DNA of 64,000 nt from Octopus bimaculoides (Eukaryota), in NCBI RefSeq assembly GCF_001194135.2, contig NC_068990.1:2709449-2773448 (forward strand). The letters run 5' to 3'. The notes beneath the pieces are model-generated. The model was not told where the DNA came from. It saw only the letters and a program-made list of their open reading frames with translations, and ran no database searches. The position numbers and the translations under genes were made by a program. Of the stretch, positions 13,821-27,134 are shown in pieces (the first letter of the stretch is position 1; every line of letters begins with the position of its first letter).

Positions 13821-15016
13821 GATTTAAAACTATCGAATTTATTAAAGTGCTAAGCAAATATGATAGACATTTAAAAGATGTCTGTGACGATGCTTCAATG
13901 TCGAATAGAATATTTAATTTTTAGATGTCAGCCACATAGCATCTGTTATATTTTATGCTTGATGCAATAATGAAAACGATCCAGCATTCAAACTTTGTGT
14001 TAGCAATCCTTGATTAAACGACATACATTATCTCTGTATGTCAGAGGTCACATTTCATCACCTACAGGTTAACAAAATGCGTTAATAATCTTTGCAAAAA
14101 TAGCAATGCAAAATCAAAACATTTATTCAGTCCTTTGATGCTTCTGTTATGGCCGGGAAGTTGAATGGCTTGTAAACGAAGAATTAGAAGAAAAACTCCA
14201 GCAGCTTTAGACGTTGATTTGTACTGAGACTAAATATAGTTTTACGACAACTGGCAAAATATGTGAAAGGAAAGCGACTTTTCATGACTTCTGTAATTCT
14301 ACAAAATGAACACAGTTTTAAGAAGTGACCTTGAGAAAACTCTCAAAAGTATCAGCCTGTCATTAGAATTATAATTCAAGTCTACTTGATAATTCAGTTT
14401 GTTTAAATGTAAGAAATATTTTACAGCTTTAAAAATATGAATGTGGGCTGTTGATGCACATGTTAAAATTATCAATCGTTGATGGATGATTTTAACTTTT
14501 TGTTCCTCTGAATTTATTTTGACACATTTTTTCAGTTGTTAGACATTTCATATAATGCTGCCAAGTACTAATAGTTTAGGATGTTGTTTAGGGACTGGCA
14601 CGTCCGATATAAGCACGACGTTTCATCTGGGTGTCATAAAATGTGACTAAAAGCGGTTGAGGTAGAATTTGAAATCCGACCTCGTAAAACACTCAGAAGC
14701 AACAACTACTCAAACAGACCCATGGATTAGAGGTTTGTCGCCTGAGTGGTGGAAAGGCGTCATCCACTAGGAGTAGTAATGTATCGCCAACAGATGGTGG
14801 ATGCAGCGATGTGCTGGTACAGCGCATGCGTTCATATTATTACTAATACTACTTTTAAAATAGTGGCAAATTTACTCATGATTGTGGACCAGAAAAGAGA
14901 AGAGGTTTAGAACATTTAAAAGATAAGAAAAAAGTTTAATTTCATATATAAAATATATTCAGATTTAGGAGGTAACGAAGGCAATATGGATGTGAAGACA
15001 TTGTTCTTATAAAATC

Positions 15017-16316
15017 ACGCAGAAATTATATGAAAATTAACCAGGCTGAAATCAGAGTTGCAAATTCTTAAGTCGTTATAATGATCTAGAGGGAATCTTT
15101 TTGTTATGAAAGTGTCTCTGTAATAATTCATCAGTGCATAACAAAGCTATAACAGGAATTTTGAGTTTCATAAAGGTGACGATGATCAGAGCAATTTTAA
15201 CCAGTAAAAATTTCATAGTAAAGCTCTGCGTCTCCGCTTTAAAGCGAAATAAAATTAACCCAGGAAAATCTCGGGGATAAGAGAGACTGCAAAATTGTAA
15301 AAAATAATTATTGCATACTCAGTTGCATATTAATTGAAATTTGCATACCAATTAAAAGATAATTATACATAATCTTCTGATCAGCCAGAAATTCGCAGTA
15401 AAATTATTGAACATGTTGCTGGTAAACCAAAAAGTGTTCCATTGGACTGTGTTTAAAATACTATGTTCAAATAATAGTTTGCGTTACTACATATTTAACA
15501 TTTTTAATTAATTAATAAGAAAAAAGCAGCAATATGCATGCCTTAACTTTTTCAAAGATTTACATAACCTACCATTTTCAATATAACTTCCACATAAACG
15601 TGCACATCAGAGGAACACATTCTGCATAATTTTTCCTCAATCGCTTTACACCTACACAAATGGTTTGCTTCGAGCTAAGGCTAGAAATAAATAAAATCTG
15701 GAAGCATATGATTGTGAAACAATTTTCCTAACCAGAACGTCCAACAGCTATCTTCTCTTAATGTAAATTTTGATAGAAATTTCTGTATTTTGACAAATGC
15801 GGGTCATCATTTACACGATCACTCAACTTTAAAACGTTAGTAGACAGACGAAGATAACATTCGGTAATGGAGTTAAAATATACAATAACTAAAAGTAAAA
15901 CGAAATTAGGGGTTGAATAAATTTGATCATAATTCTACTTGATCTCCAGTGATCTAGGACACCAACGGTTTTCTCATGTAACGTTGAAGGTCAGTGAAAC
16001 ATACCGTTAAAAGTATACGTATAATCAGTAGAGTTTGGGAACGTGCAATGAATTTAAAATCTATATATTATCCGCAGTATGTGGTATTGACAACGTTTGA
16101 CTTTAGTCTTACAAAAATAATCGATAAAGCGGCATTTAATAGGAAAAAATATTGTCCGTAAATAAAACATCGGTTTTTGCCCCATGACGGTGTAATTATA
16201 GAAATGCCTGAAGAAAAATTCATAAATGTTATTACCTGGAATGTGAGGCAAGCAAAAATGAAATGTAGAAGACGTGGATGCTTCAGTACGAATAGAAATA
16301 TATAAAGTTTATACAT
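15017..16316 (-). pseudogene. Decayed single-exon class A GPCR (peptide-receptor-like: FMRFamide/myosuppressin/sex-peptide receptor type)
   Basis: Ordered motifs on the minus strand: YCG*...ILLTVCFTDLQRY (TM3; QRY at 15986-15978, same frame as ORF 16068-16316), FVLLLVIVYF (TM4), FTIICFQILFISSLS (TM5), IIFYNFAVSLIPEIFLG (TM6), NSKFLL*LCYALMNYYRDTF (TM7/helix 8). Many stops and frameshifts. Confidence 0.55.
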
Positions 16317-17035
16317 TATTCAAGATATAGATGTTTTATCTACATACATTGTCCCCTCGGGAGAATCACATAATACAATTTGAATAAGTAATGTTGACTA
16401 TGTCTGAGTTAGCTTATTATATATAGTGTGTTTCTTTCTTTTTCTCTCCCTCTCCCCCAGCCTTTCTCTGACGCTTTTCATATATAGTCAAATACATACA
16501 TATAATAAGATTGCAGTACTCAATTAATGTATTCAGAAAACTATACAGTCTGCTTGAAATGAAACTTCTTTACTTCAGGATTCATGTGTCATTCAAAAAC
16601 AAACGTGTTCAAAACTTAAATACTGTGCGGCTGAAAAACAGAATTCTTTTCTTTATTGGAAGAGCCCTGGATACATACGAATTGACAATTGGGTTTTATA
16701 ATTTTACTTAATAAATATGTTATAAAGGGAAGAAGTTTGGTGCATATAAAAAGTATAGAGATGGTATATTTGTATTAGGTGGTTAACAACTGAGAACAAA
16801 AAAATTAAGGATAATACTGCAAAGAAATTGGAAATTGAAAATAATTAAGTATCTAAAATATAAGGAACATTAAATATGTTAAAGAAAACACATAGTTTAG
16901 ATTAGGTTTAAGAAAGCATGGCCATGAATAAAACTTCATGGTAAAGACGTGATCGTTTTGCCTAAAAATAGTAGAAGTGTAGAATATGCTGATGTCAACC
17001 TTACCTTTAATAAGTCCTTTTAGATGATGGGGGTG

Positions 17036-17222
17036 TGTTGGCAGAATCAATACCACGCGGGCAAACTACTTAGCAGCATTTCGTCAAATTTTACCGAGCC
17101 TGGTCTGCCTTTCATCCTTTCGAAATCGATAAAATAAGTACCAGTCGAGCTCAGTGGTGGATGTAATCGACTTTCCCCTTCCCCGAAATTGCTGGTCTTG
17201 CGTCAAATATTTCAAACCAATA
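17036..17222 (+). mobile_element. SINE family S1
   Basis: GGCAGAATC...TACTTAGCAGCATTTCGTC...GCCTTTCATCCTTTCGAAATCGATAAAATAAGTACCAG...GATGTAATCGACTT. Confidence 0.75.
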
Positions 17223-19568
17223 TGTCTTTTTAAATGAACTACTGAAAGAGCGAGGACTTTGTCACAATTGAGCTAGTACCAGAAAAATAGTGAAAAAGCT
17301 ACCATATTAGCAGTAGTTTATAAATATAACATAGTCACGAGGGTATGGATGAAACGTTCATGGGCTGATTACGAAGGTGTGATGCGAAAGCTGTGAACTG
17401 GGTCGATGTAATCGTCATCACTCCTTCTCTATAGGTGATGGTCCTGTGCCGAAATGCGAAAGCATTATCATTAGTAGTCGCAGCATTAGTAGCAATTAAA
17501 GTACTTGTAAATAATGTGAGGACAACGTATGTATGTTGATGAAATGGCAGAACAGATAGTGTCGGAATTAATGCATCACGATTTTTATTTTTAATTCTAC
17601 CTCTACTGAGATCGGATCCCGCCTAGAGCAACATTACTTTTTATATTTCTGGGATCACATACGTGCAGAGGTCGATGTTATTGACTTACTATTTCCCTTA
17701 AAATTTGTTGGACTTCTACTTAAATTAGAAAGCAGTATTAGCGGTAGCCTTACTAGTATTTGGAAAACGCATTCAAAGTCGTATTACGGAATTTTACTTT
17801 CCACAATAAAATTTCAAATAAAAAATAAAAATCTTTGCACAGCTTTGTAGGCAAGAGGTGCCACACAGGCAAAGGAATGGTGACGCATTATTTTGATTTA
17901 TGTGCGTCACCCAGGTATGTGTGTGTTTGTAACTGTGATAGCATTGTATTTATGTTACATTCGAATTTTTTAAATAGTAATGAATTTCTCTCTAAAACAT
18001 GTAAATACTTACTTCTTGGTTGCCTTAATGAACGCTGATCAATACTGAACATTGTTGATGCAGTATTATTGTATAATAAACAATAGGAGACATTCTTTGT
18101 TTTTGTATCTGTTTTGCAAGATTCTTAATGTGAATTCGTGTGTTGAAGCAAATTTTGTTGTGTCTGGGGAGAGTCATATTTTGTTAATGCCTCGTTATCT
18201 AACACACACACCTGTTCGATTTTTACTCATTTATTATCTGAACCGGTGCGTGTTTTAGATAATAAGTCATTAAGACAATTTGACACTCCCCAGACACAAA
18301 ATAGTAGACATTTTCTTTTCCTACATATAAAAAAGCAAAGATGTCTTCATTAGCGTACACTCAATCTCTCACACACACTGGCACACAAAATCTATTTTCA
18401 TAATTTGTACAACCACATAACATAAGCACACAGACACACACAAACACCACACACAAAATGAGAGAAGAAGTCATATCTTTTGGTTTAAGTATGTGCGCAA
18501 AATTATGGAATCTTTCAAATGAAAGATGGAGAGGAAAAAATGTTAGATGAGGTGAGGTGAAGACGGAAGGGTGTAATAAAAGAATAATCTTGGAAATATT
18601 GAGTTAATATTTTACCGTCATCTTCCACTTTTATGAAATGTCTCCGAAAATGTCGAACGATAAAAAACAACTGGATGTATGGCGTGTTTCAATGTGAGCT
18701 GGCCAGGAAAAGGAAAATGATTATTTGCGATTTAAGCGTAAAGCCATGAAATTTTGTGAAAGGAGGTTTCTCGATGACATCAACTTCAGTGACATCAAAA
18801 GTGGATACCTGTTATTCGGAAGGGCAAAAAAAAAAAGAAAGGTGACATCGCTAAGATTTGAACTCCGAATGTAAAGATCCAGAACAAATAACACTCTTTT
18901 TTGTTTTGTTGAATCTGGAATTCTAACGCTCTAATGAAGAGCAGCAGCAAAAACATCAATATGATGAAGGGAAGGAGCCAAAAGAAGGAAAAAAACGAAC
19001 GGGAATAATAACGAGCAGAGGAGAGATAGAAGTAAAGGTAGAATCATCTGAAAGAACAAATATTAGAAAAGGGTAAGGATGGATACATGAAGTGAGACAC
19101 ATCTGGAGAATTAGAATTAAAATGGAAATGGAAGAAAAGCAGATGGCAGAGTGTGACGGTCATTATCTCTTTTGTTTTAACTTTATTGACGCAGAATTAA
19201 ACAAAAACAAACCATGAACTTGATAAAAATCTGTTGTCTAAAAGTTTAAGTGAAGTGAAACAATATTATTTTTATGCGCCTCGTTTTTTATATCAAATGT
19301 CACATGTATGATGGCTTAAACTAAATGTAAGTTATCGAAAGTCTGACAAGATGTCTCCGTTATTTTTTTAAAAATTGAATTATAAGGTTTATGACACAGG
19401 CGTCTCTCTGTTTTTTTCCCTTCTAAACTGAATTAAATTCGTTTTAAGCGTGATTACGTTGATCTCCAAATTTCAACAGCCTATAATTAGAAATTGTATG
19501 AGGCTTTCAAATACACTGAACACGTAAATGAATAATTTCATTCACTTCATACAAGAAAACAAATATAG

Positions 19569-19570
<2 letters not shown>

Positions 19571-19629
<59 letters not shown>

Positions 19630-19910
19630 CACGCACACGCACGCACACACACACACAACCCCATACACATATATATCATATATATTTCTATATTTCTATA
19701 TATACATACATCCATACATATATATGTATGTATACGTATATATATATGTATATATACATTTATATATATATATATTTATATACATACATATGCATATATG
19801 TGTGTGTGTGTATAAACTCGTATATTCATACACACACATCACACATATATATATCTACACATATATAGATATTATATGTATGTATATATCTACAAATATA
19901 TATGCATGAG
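19571..19910. repeat. Compound (CA)n/(TA)n/(TACA)n microsatellite
   Basis: Directly visible. Confidence 0.9.
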
Positions 19911-20480
19911 TGCAAGTATAGATGGTGCCAATGACATTTGGTCTGCGCATCCATCTTTATTTCAGTATTGATATTTATAGAGTATGTGAAAGGGACTTGT
20001 AAAAAATTGTAATAAACATTTCCGTTAAATAATCGTTGCAGAAATATATTGAACAAATAGATTAAGTATTAAACAAAAGTAAGTGCTTACACATGTTTAC
20101 GCCAGCCTTTTTTTTTCGATCACTAAATCACTGGATTGCCAACGTACAAAGACACCAGTTTAAACAGTCAATTTTAGATAATTCATGACAAACACACTAA
20201 CGGTTCTATTTGGCAATTATTTTCACCGATCCTTGCACTGACAAACGTGTCTAATTCAAGGGTCACAGTATAACCAGCTGCCACATTACAAACTTATAAA
20301 GATTGACACACAAATTCACATTCTTATGCTGAGGTATATACTATATAAAGGTAATCATTATTAAATTGGTGCCATTATATATTTTTTTAATTTCGCACAT
20401 GCACATTGTTTGTTTTTTATTTCGTTGACTAGAGAGTATAGTAGCGTCAGTTGGGCACCATCTATGAGAAAATCAGCACT

Positions 20481-21658
20481 ATGACAACATTCGCTCTGCC
20501 AGCAGAAATTTGGAAACGACATACTGTACTGATTGACATTCGCGCCGGAAGCTCCAATACGAACATTTTAGAGTGTGTGGGTGTCAATATGAGGACTGCA
20601 GAGCATTCGGAAAGAGTTCGATGAGTCTAATAGCGATTACGAAGGCACGGCAGCGCAGAAAACGTACTGTGATCGTTCTAATAACAAAAGATCTCCTGAA
20701 TTTATTGCTGAGCTCCAGGCCATGATTGACAATGACCCCACGAAGTCAATCAGGATCATTACCAGCGATATGGACGTGTCTAAGTTTCTTATCGGGCAGG
20801 TTGTGCATGAAGACATTCAGTACTTCTCATACAAGATGAGATAGAGCAAATTTTTAACCTCAGCTATCTCGGACAAGAGGTAAGACCATGCTACGAAGCT
20901 TTTAAACAAACTCAAGCATCCCTTCCAACCGAAATGCCTTTGTTTTTCTCAGACGAGAAGCATTTCTGCCAGGATCCGATGGTGAACACACACAGAACAA
21001 CCGTTGGATTGCTGTGTCTCCAAAACGTACTGAGAGTGATAAAAATGAAACATCCAGTCAACATTATGGTGTTTGGATTCATCACTAGTGATGCCGACGT
21101 TATGCCTCCATTCATCTTCCCACATGGCCTCAGACTCAACACAGTGGCCTATGTCAAATCCCTGGAGGTGGTAGTGCTGATCTGGGTCAAGAGTGTGGCT
21201 GCTGGAAAACCCTATGACTAGCAACAGGACTCCGCACACACGGCTTACAGACAAAATCTCCGACCACATCGCCCATAATAAGATCTGGCCACCTAATACC
21301 CAAGCCTGCAACCCCCTTGATTATTATGTGTGGGGCGTAGGTGAGCGAGATACCAACAAAACTCCTTGTAACATGAAAGATGAACTGAAGGCAATTATTA
21401 TGGCCGCATTCACAAACTTAAAGGAGGATACCTTTCAGAGGGGTTGTAGGAGATTCAGAAGCCGTCTTGAGGCCTGGGTTGACGTCAATGGCAATTTTAT
21501 ATAATAAATAGTATTTTATATACTAGTATTTTATATAATAAATTGTCTTATCTAATAAATAGTATTTCAAAATATTTTCATGTAATTTTGGTAAATATAT
21601 CTGTTAAATAAAATGTCACTGTTATATTCATTTTTGCGTATTGGTTCACAGCACACTG
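20481..21658 (+). mobile_element. Tc1/mariner superfamily DNA transposon, maT (DD37D-like) type, with decayed transposase
   Basis: ATG at 20481, HTH region (..DNDPTKSIR..DMDVS..VVHEDIQYFSYK), FFSDEK, KHPVNIMVFG, MPPFIF, QQDSA, WPPN..CNPLDYYVWG, and a terminal CACTG followed by TA at 21654-21660. Stops, frameshifts and a deletion prevent counting the D-D spacing. No 5' TIR recognised. Confidence 0.9.
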
Positions 21659-21930
21659 TATGTCCGTGTGTCACTATATGTATGCATACATCGATATATT
21701 TCTATGATATACTGTTGCATAGTTGCTGAACAAAATCTTTTATGTGACATCCTAGCCAGAAGGAAAACATTATGAGAGACACCCACTAAAGGTTCCGTAG
21801 TCAAAACCACTTAATTTCCAAATCTAACTCTTAAAGATACCAAAAATATAAAATCATGTAAGAAAAGTAGATACATGGAAACACACACGCTTGTACGCAC
21901 ACGCGCACACGCGCATACATACATACCCAC

Positions 21931-21971
<41 letters not shown>

Positions 21972-22039
21972 GCTGTAGATAGACAGAGAAACAGACAGAC
22001 AAACATATATATATGTATATATATATATATATATATATG

Positions 22040-22229
22040 AGAGATGATGAATTATGTACATTATTTACATTATTTACATTTGACGGATATGTGTCCTCAA
22101 CTTGTTTGTTGTTAACAAGGTTTCGGCTGATATTTCCCCATGACACCTGGTGAAGGCTGGAGGGCATATCAGCCGAAACGTTGTGTTAACAGCAAAAAGA
22201 TGAGGACAAATATCCATCGAATGTAAATA
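22040..22229. mobile_element. Fold-back (inverted) copy of the family A hammerhead tail between (TA)n tracts
   Basis: About 22070-22133 is the reverse complement of about 22166-22229. The sequence is shared with 29716-29900 and 49322-49440. Confidence 0.85.
22142..22187 (+). ncRNA. Minimal type-I hammerhead motif with a core mutation, probably inactive
   Basis: GACAC-CUGGUGA-A-GGCUG-GAGGGCAUAU-CAGCC-GAAA-C-GUU-GUGUU. The core has A6 changed to G. Confidence 0.65.
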
Positions 22230-22391
22230 TGACGGATATCAAATGTATGTATATATATATAGGTAGAATTCACAAAAAAAAAAGACAAGAGGAAGACAGG
22301 TGGTGCAGAAAACAAACAGATATACTAGTGTAACGATCGAGAATTGAAAAAGTCTTTAATGTTTCGAGCTTATGCTCTTTCACAGAATGGA

Positions 22392-22394
<3 letters not shown>

Positions 22395-22469
<75 letters not shown>

Positions 22470-22478
22470 AGAGAGAGG
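22395..22478. repeat. (GATA)n then (GA)n microsatellite
   Basis: Directly visible. Confidence 0.95.
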
Positions 22479-22699
22479 GGATTTCGATGGAGAGATCCGA
22501 TTTTTCCACGTCCATTTTGTCACACTCAGGTAAACAAGGCGTTATCTGTCATTTGAAAACATCTATGTTGGTTTCCATGTCTTTTGTATCCAATTTCATA
22601 TCAGCTACCCTGGCACAATTAAGACGTGCGGCTAAGATTGTGCTTCGGTCGCCACAACCACCAGATATCATACTTTACACTAAGGGTCCAGGCGCCTGA

Positions 22700-22950
22700 A
22701 CAAATCTGCTTCTCTCGTTCTTGTAGAAGTATGACGGAACTCACTTCGCTACTTCTTATATCCAATATTATCAACTTACTTTCTAAGTCAAAGTAGACGT
22801 TCCGTAATTGTGAAATCAAGATATTTCCGAAATAACACCATTGATCCGTCGCATAATACCTATCGTCTTGGAAATAAGTAGATCTCATAATCATTGAAAA
22901 TGAACAGATATTTCTGTGGATAGGAAACTGGTAACCAACATATTTATTTA
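22700..22950 (-). mobile_element. Penelope-like element reverse transcriptase relic
   Basis: ORF 22619-23080 contains MRSTYFQDDRYY..(+1 frame RINGV)..FGNILISQLRNVYFDLESKLI, resembling PLE RT F.F.DK.Y.Q..G..MGSPLS..LAN.YM..LE.K. The YVDD motif is not recognisably intact. Confidence 0.5.
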
Positions 22951-23799
22951 TGACTAGTGACCTGAAGTTGTTGTGACTCGAAGCTGCGTGGCATTTATGC
23001 GATCTATTCTTAGTAAAGCCGCGTTCGACAGATGGAGGAATGGGAGGAAATATATCACCGCCCTTATTGCAATGAACCAACGGGTATTTCGTTTTACTGA
23101 CTGGTTGTAGAAATTATCTATCAGCAGGTTGTGATGCTGCCAAGTTCAAACAAATATGTAGTAGGTAGGCTGAGGCATTTGGGGAATTCAACAAGCATTT
23201 ACATCAATTTAAATATATTAGGAATATATTTGACTTGTGTGGAGCTCTGCCCACACGCAATCAGTAGATAGTTTCTTCTGATTTTCGATCCCTTCCAAAG
23301 TCATTTCAAGGTTGACAGGGCCCCTTAAAATGGCTGTCAGATGTTTACCACACGTTGCTGAATGTAATTGTTTGCATTCTAAAGGCAATGAAAATATTTT
23401 TTTGCAGGTCTGAAGTATTCCATACACATCTGAATTGGCCTACTAGATCTTTGTAATTCATACACTGCTTCGTGTGCAAACTGTATAAGTCTAGCGGTGT
23501 TGCTCACTATTATCAGATGGTTTCAACTTATTTTCTACAACAATGCTCTGATGTTAAGATATTTCTAGTATCACAAACGCCAGCACAGAAATGACATCTA
23601 TGCTTTCTCTCTGCAGGTAGTGGAAGGAATAACTACGGTAAACCAGTAAACCAGTAGGTACATCTTAGATACCATGACTAAATGGAAGACTGTTGTAAAG
23701 ATCTAAACATTCTAATACCATAAAGAGGATCTGAAATGCTAGATTGATTGATTAAATGAATCTCCAAAGAGAATTTCGTGTTTGGCAGAGAAAGAACTT

Positions 23800-24310
23800 A
23801 TAACAAATATTAATGAAATGGGAAAATGGATGCTGACGTGAATGACATATCATAAAGAACCAGAATTTACAGTGGCATCTTATACAGGAATGACTAAATT
23901 TGAATGGATAAGTATCGTACAGAAAAAGGTAGAAATGTAAAGAATGTTAATGCAGAATAATAATAGAGAACACTAGGAGAAGTAGATGATGCAATGATCA
24001 ACTTGGGATAAAAGATCAATGTTTTGTGATGTAAAAAGAATGAATGTTATATGGAAATAAGTATAGAGCAATCAAAAATCGTGGCTACAGACTAGTTCAG
24101 AGGAGCAAAATTGAATCGCCAGTATTATAATAAACATACTATGGATTGAAATATTTAACAACTTAGAAGAAATATAAAAAAGAACCCACTTAGATTTATG
24201 GGAAGAATTATTCCATGAAAATCATGCAAAAATAAATAATTCATACAAGATTCAAGAGGAAATTAATAGAATGAAAGGGAAAATACGATCAGTCTTGTGA
24301 TGGCTACGCC
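23800..24310 (+). mobile_element. Possible RTE-clade RT relic
   Basis: VDD near 23984 is followed about 25 codons later by MEISIEQSKIV (cf. YGMEIS.EKSKI). A-rich and heavily decayed. Confidence 0.3.
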
Positions 24311-25523
24311 AAAAAGATATTACATAGCAACCGTTTAACATTTGCTGTCTGGATGCTGGAAATAAATATATTGAAATACACTACTATTCACTGAGTGAAT
24401 AATTTTATTATTTTTGCTTTTTAACATAATTCTTCAATAATAGCATCATTGCTTACATGGCTTCGATGTACCAAACGCTGATTCACCAAAGTTTTGATAA
24501 CAAGAAATAAAGAGGGATTTTGACTGTGTAACTCAGCAGAACAAATGTATAACACATAGCATTTCTGTTAGAAAGCATTGGTTTTTTTTAGGCTTCAGCT
24601 TTTAAACACGTTTGTCACAAAACAATAGGCGCACATGCACATACAAATACACACACTTAGAATGTGTAAGGTGAAAGACTTTCAGTTGCTTTCGACAATG
24701 AGCATTCCGTTTCTAAATAAGTGAATTACTCCACATCTTCTCCAGTTACTTAACATGTATTAGAAGAATTACGTGAAAATCTTCATTTGGTTTTCGTGAC
24801 AAAATACGATTCAGTCAAAATCAGTAATAATTGTCAATTTAATTTCCAAAGTAAATTACCACAATATTATGTCACAGCTCACTTTCGGACACACAGATTT
24901 TGTAGTTCTTTATAACGGAAAAAGAAAGTACAACTCACCACTAAAATTATACATACATGGATTTATATATGTGCATATATATATATATATATATATATNN
25001 NNNNNNNNNNNNNNNNNNNNNNNNNNNNNNNNNNNNNNNNNNNNNNNNNNNNNNNNNNNNNNNNNNNNNNNNNNNNNNNNNNNNNNNNNNNNNNNNNNNN
25101 NNNNNNNNNNNNNNNNNNNNNNNNNNNNNNNNNNNNNNNNNNNNNNNNNNNNNNNNNNNNNNNNNNNNNNNNNNNNNNNNNNNNNNNNNNNNNNNNNNNN
25201 NNNNNNNNNNNNNNNNNNNNNNNNNNNNNNNNNNNNNNNNNNNNNNNNNNNNNNNNNNNNNNNNNNNNNNNNNNNNNNNNNNNNNNNNNNNNNNNNNNNN
25301 NNNNNNNNNNNNNNNNNNNNNNNNNNNNNNNNNNNNNNNNNNNNNNNNNNNNNNNNNNNNNNNNNNNNNNNNNNNNNNNNNNNNNNNNNNNNNNNNNNNN
25401 NNNNNNNNNNNNNNNNNNNNNNNNNNNNNNNNNNNNNNNNNNNNNNNNNNNNNNNNNNNNNNNNNNNNNNNNNNNNNNNNNNNNNNNNNNNNNNNNNNNN
25501 NNNNTATATATGTATATATATAT

Positions 25524-25525
<2 letters not shown>

Positions 25526-25596
<71 letters not shown>

Positions 25597-25598
25597 CA
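25526..25598. repeat. (GATA)n microsatellite
   Basis: Directly visible. Confidence 0.95.
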
Positions 25599-25770
25599 GA
25601 TACGCACACATATACATATGTAGTTGTAACTATGTGTGTACAAATATATATATAACTACACTTACGTCCATTGTATTAAGTTATTTATTTGTACTGAAAT
25701 GCTCGGGGACAGTTACAGGATGTACGGAATACTCAAAGATCGACATCTCTACGCCACATCGACTCTCTCT

Positions 25771-26320
25771 TCAAGCCATATGCTCTATCTTGAATATATC
25801 CAGTTTTTGAAATGACACGTTATCATTGCCTTCTACGCCATCTTCTTCATCTTCATACGCTTCTTCTTCCTCGTTTTGGTCTTCAACAAACTCATCGTTT
25901 TCATCACCGGCATCGACCAGAGCGTCGTCGCTGATGGACGTAGATTTCCTGGTGGGATGGAGACGGCGTCGTCGCCTCTGCCGTACCCCGATTGTGTTGC
26001 TATCATCGTCGTTGACAGCAGCTAAAACAGCAACAGTATCCTCCTTCTTCATCGTCGTCATCGGCATCGTCTTCATCATCTATATGATCTCTTTCCACAC
26101 CGATAGTGGCAGCAGAAACCGGCAGTAACCTCTGTTGCCTGCGACTGCTGCTGTTGCTGTTGCTATTGCTGTTGTTGTCGTTAGTAGCAAAGTTCCTGCT
26201 ACTGACATCATTCAGTACCACTTTCTTCTTCTTCCGCTTCTTGCTGCCGCTAGTCTTGGAGTTAGGTCTGTTACTTAGACTACCACCGCGGAGTACAAAT
26301 AATTTGATAAATTTACACAC
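25771..26320 (-). other. Trinucleotide-rich low-complexity stretch with coding-like acidic/basic translation
   Basis: Two overlapping minus ORFs (26003-26320 and 25771-26079) with KKRKKKK, poly-N/S, D/E tracts and RQRRRRR. No domain recognised. Confidence 0.25.
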
Positions 26321-27095
26321 GCATACTACTTTATTTTCACCTATGACATTCTAATTCTAGTGAGACTTGGATGAATTCATATTGTTCAGCCTTATAAGAG
26401 GATGAGTTGTGCAGGAAGCCTCGGCCATAAATGACAGCCACACATCTTGTCCTCCCGGATTTCTAGCGCAATACTAGACATGGTTCTAAGATCGGAGCTG
26501 AGTGGCAATAGCATAAACCTCGTTTGACCAAGTATTCCCTGTAGAACCGAATGAATAGTTTTTCAAATTTGATTAAATATCCCTTGGGCATGATACAGCA
26601 ATGCTATGTTATTATATGGTATCAGATAGAAATATGTGTTGCCACAAGTCAAACACAAAGACTTCCTTCTACATTGGTTTGAAAATTACCATATCTAATT
26701 GGTTACTGATATCAGTTACCTTCAGAGAGCACAAAAGTTTATAATTTCTTCTTAACTTCCATAAACCAGCATCATCATCACTACCATACTCGTAACGACT
26801 TATTATTCCACATCATTAAATTCACACACCAGCATTCTACATATTTTGGAGCCAAGGGGGATAGTCTAACATAAGCGGTCGCCGTATATGGTGTCAAATA
26901 TCGTAGCCACTTATTAAATACCTTACAACATATATGTTTGTTTGTCCAAAGGAACCAATTAAGCTTGTTTCACTTTCAGAGACAGTGTGACCATTCACAG
27001 TGAGAAAACTATTTCTAATGTGCACTAAGCTGATTTCCGATTTCCCTTCGTTATACACATCCTGTGTCTTCCTCTGACTACTTGAGACTGCTTGT

Positions 27096-27134
<39 letters not shown>

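Noticed and set aside
14795-14815. CTCF-like motif CGCCAACAGATGGTGG
   Set aside because: A single short match is expected by chance and there is no supporting data.
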